Below are positions 62,053 to 64,000 of a stretch of 64,000 bases of DNA, piece by piece. The notes beneath the pieces were generated by a model. The model worked only from the letters and a program-made list of their open reading frames with translations, was not told the DNA's origin and ran no database searches. The stretch is from an uncultured virus (IMG/VR IMGVR_UViG_3300043101_000273) (taxonomy: Duplodnaviria > Heunggongvirae > Uroviricota > Caudoviricetes). The number at the start of each line of letters is the position of its first letter. Positions within the stretch are counted from its first letter, which is position 1. The stretch is from the IMG/VR virus record IMGVR_UViG_3300043101_000273. The stretch is one strand, 5' to 3'. The position numbers and the translations under genes were made by a program.

Positions 62053-62283
62053 ATGGTACAATTATTAAATATTAATTTGACAGATACTTATATTGAATGT
62101 CATTATTATCCTGAAAACAATAAAACAGATAAAGGATATATAAGATTAAACACTAAGACAAAAGAAATAATTGATTTTATATATACAAGAAATGAAGATA
62201 TTCTTACTCCATATTTTAATCTTGCTAAAATACAATTAATTAAAATTTTAGAAGATACAACTCTTTCTAAAAATATTGTATGA
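62053..62283 (+). CDS. Small hypothetical protein
   Basis: AAGGAGG RBS; YYPE...GYI motif. Confidence 0.75.
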   Translation: MVQLLNINLTDTYIECHYYPENNKTDKGYIRLNTKTKEIIDFIYTRNEDILTPYFNLAKIQLIKILEDTTLSKNIV

Positions 62284-62404
62284 AACTCTTGACTTTATAA
62301 GAAAAATAGTCTATAATAATATAGATGTTTGCTTTTTAACATCCTGCTTTTGTTAAAAGACCACCTTGTATTATTCACAAAGTGGTCTTTCTCTCTTTAT
62401 GTTT

Positions 62405-63289
62405 CTATATATATTCTTTTTCATAAATCGCATTATATATTTCTTCTATATACCCCTTTATATCTTCTCTCTTAAAAAGAAGTATATACTCCTTATCTTC
62501 TTTTATATTTAATTCTTTACATAACTCTTTATATTGTTCCTCTATATATATTTTATCTCTTATTAACAGGAGATAATTTTCTTTTTCTATATTGTCTTTA
62601 TATTCTATGTTATATATATCAATTATATTCTCATTTAACTTATTCATCATATCTTTTAATGTTACTTCCAAATAAGTATTTAATGTTCTTATTATTTGAA
62701 AAGTTTTCAATGGATAAGATATATGGTCATTCTTTATATCTATCTTATCTCTTATTCCTATTAAAAAACAATAATTATATATATTATATTCTTTACCAAA
62801 ATTCGGACAGCTTATATATTCAGATACATTATTACCATAATAAAGATTAAAATAATTTTCTTTATCCAATTCCAGATTTATCATTTCTTGATAGCTATTA
62901 TCAATTATTTCTTTTGCTCCTATTATATTCCCTATTAAAGAAAACAACAAACGATTCATTTTCTTGAAATATAATATACTTTCAATATTTATATTAGCTA
63001 ATAATATCGTTTCTACATTTGTAATATAAAATTCTTCTTTTCTTAAATTTTTGTTTATTATATTTAATACTGTATTTATTTCTTCCAGATTGTTTTCTTT
63101 ATTATAAGGAAAATAAAAATTAACATATAAATGTCCTGACTCCATTCCATAATTAATTACATAGGATTGTATTTCTTCTAATACTTCATTTAAACATATA
63201 TGATTATTTTTTAATATTAACTTAAAGGATTTTATTTGTATTGTTGAATTATTTATTATCTTATTCATTTTTATCAACTCTTTTATCAT
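62405..63289 (-). CDS. Hypothetical protein
   Basis: 294-aa ORF. Confidence 0.75.
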   Translation of the reverse strand: MIKELIKMNKIINNSTIQIKSFKLILKNNHICLNEVLEEIQSYVINYGMESGHLYVNFYFPYNKENNLEEINTVLNIINKNLRKEEFYITNVETILLANINIESILYFKKMNRLLFSLIGNIIGAKEIIDNSYQEMINLELDKENYFNLYYGNNVSEYISCPNFGKEYNIYNYCFLIGIRDKIDIKNDHISYPLKTFQIIRTLNTYLEVTLKDMMNKLNENIIDIYNIEYKDNIEKENYLLLIRDKIYIEEQYKELCKELNIKEDKEYILLFKREDIKGYIEEIYNAIYEKEYI

Positions 63290-63370
63290 AATATTTGTTA
63301 TATTCTAATAATAAAAAATAACCACTTATTAAAAGTGGCTTGATAAAAATAATATTAAAAATTTTTATAA

Positions 63371-63859
63371 TCAATTTAATATATGCACTGCTCCTGAAAA
63401 AGTTTTAGTGCAAGGCAATTTATTTAAAGAAGATATAACATCGTCAATATCTTCTTCTTTAAAATAAGGAATTTCATTACTAACGAAATCCTTATTATAT
63501 ATATAATTATTAGAAATAATATCTTCCAATATTTTTAATTCTTCAATATCAAATCCTGCATACTCATTTAATTGACAAGATGTATAATAATTATCTATAT
63601 ATAACATATCGTTTATTATCTTTATATTCGTAATTTTCCCTGTTATATAAAAACTTAATAAATGTCTTTTTAAAGAAGCAACGTCACGATTATAAAATTT
63701 ATAATATATATCCTTAAAAAAGATTTTACCCATAATATCATTTATATTTTCTTTAATACGAGTATTATTAAATTCATCTTTTATCTCTTTTAATTTTTTT
63801 AATGTCAAATAATCTAACTTACAATTATGGTCTTTAATAATTATCTTATAAAGAATCAT
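63371..63859 (-). CDS. Family B hypothetical protein (divergent)
   Basis: SLKRHLLSFYITGKI motif; AAGGAG RBS. Confidence 0.8.
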   Translation of the reverse strand: MILYKIIIKDHNCKLDYLTLKKLKEIKDEFNNTRIKENINDIMGKIFFKDIYYKFYNRDVASLKRHLLSFYITGKITNIKIINDMLYIDNYYTSCQLNEYAGFDIEELKILEDIISNNYIYNKDFVSNEIPYFKEEDIDDVISSLNKLPCTKTFSGAVHILN

Positions 63860-64000
63860 ATTATTTCTCCTTCCTTTTAATATTTTTTCTATATATACAT
63901 TTTAAAAAAATTTTATTATTAATTCTATATTATTGTTTCTATATATATTATATCTTATATTTTGTAATTTGTCAATTTAAAAAAGAATTTAATATTTTTA

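Noticed and set aside
437..62850. Short ORFs antisense to, or nested out of frame in, long genes (for example 437, 3164, 14038, 21893, 48713, 59128, 62659)
   Set aside because: No RBS or promoter and biased composition typical of shadow frames in AT-rich DNA

Overview
Very AT-rich window, most likely an accessory or early region of a large Firmicutes (Clostridia-like) phage or another large extrachromosomal element. No virion or core bacterial housekeeping operons are visible, so the replicon type is inferred. 1-16.5 kb: about 16 leftward cassettes (near-consensus sigma-A promoter, conserved CACAC leader, AAGGAGG RBS, gene, terminator), including a 4-member paralog family and a DnaN-like clamp, with dispersed triple TTGTTAA-N4-TTAACAA elements between them. 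18-39 kb: a secreted glucosaminidase, tRNA-Gln, ORF-less promoter-terminator mini-transcripts carrying anti-Shine-Dalgarno motifs, six proteins built from about 45 copies of one ~50-aa helical repeat, and other tandem paralog families. 40-53 kb: tRNA-Leu(UAA) split by a group I intron, a ~1 kb highly structured non-coding region, PIN-PhoH, a duplicated covarying ncRNA, an IS200/IS605 element (nonsense-inactivated tnpA, intact tnpB) and a TerD-like protein. Most striking is 53.4-57.1 kb: a compact type V-like CRISPR locus. A 558-aa TnpB-derived RuvC protein (D292/E403/D498, no Zn finger, no cas1/cas2 in the window) is flanked by two paralogous modules, each promoter, ~200-nt tracr-like RNA, leader and CRISPR array. 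An HPr-like gene lies inside the locus, and the last repeat is fused directly to a 5'-truncated trpF.
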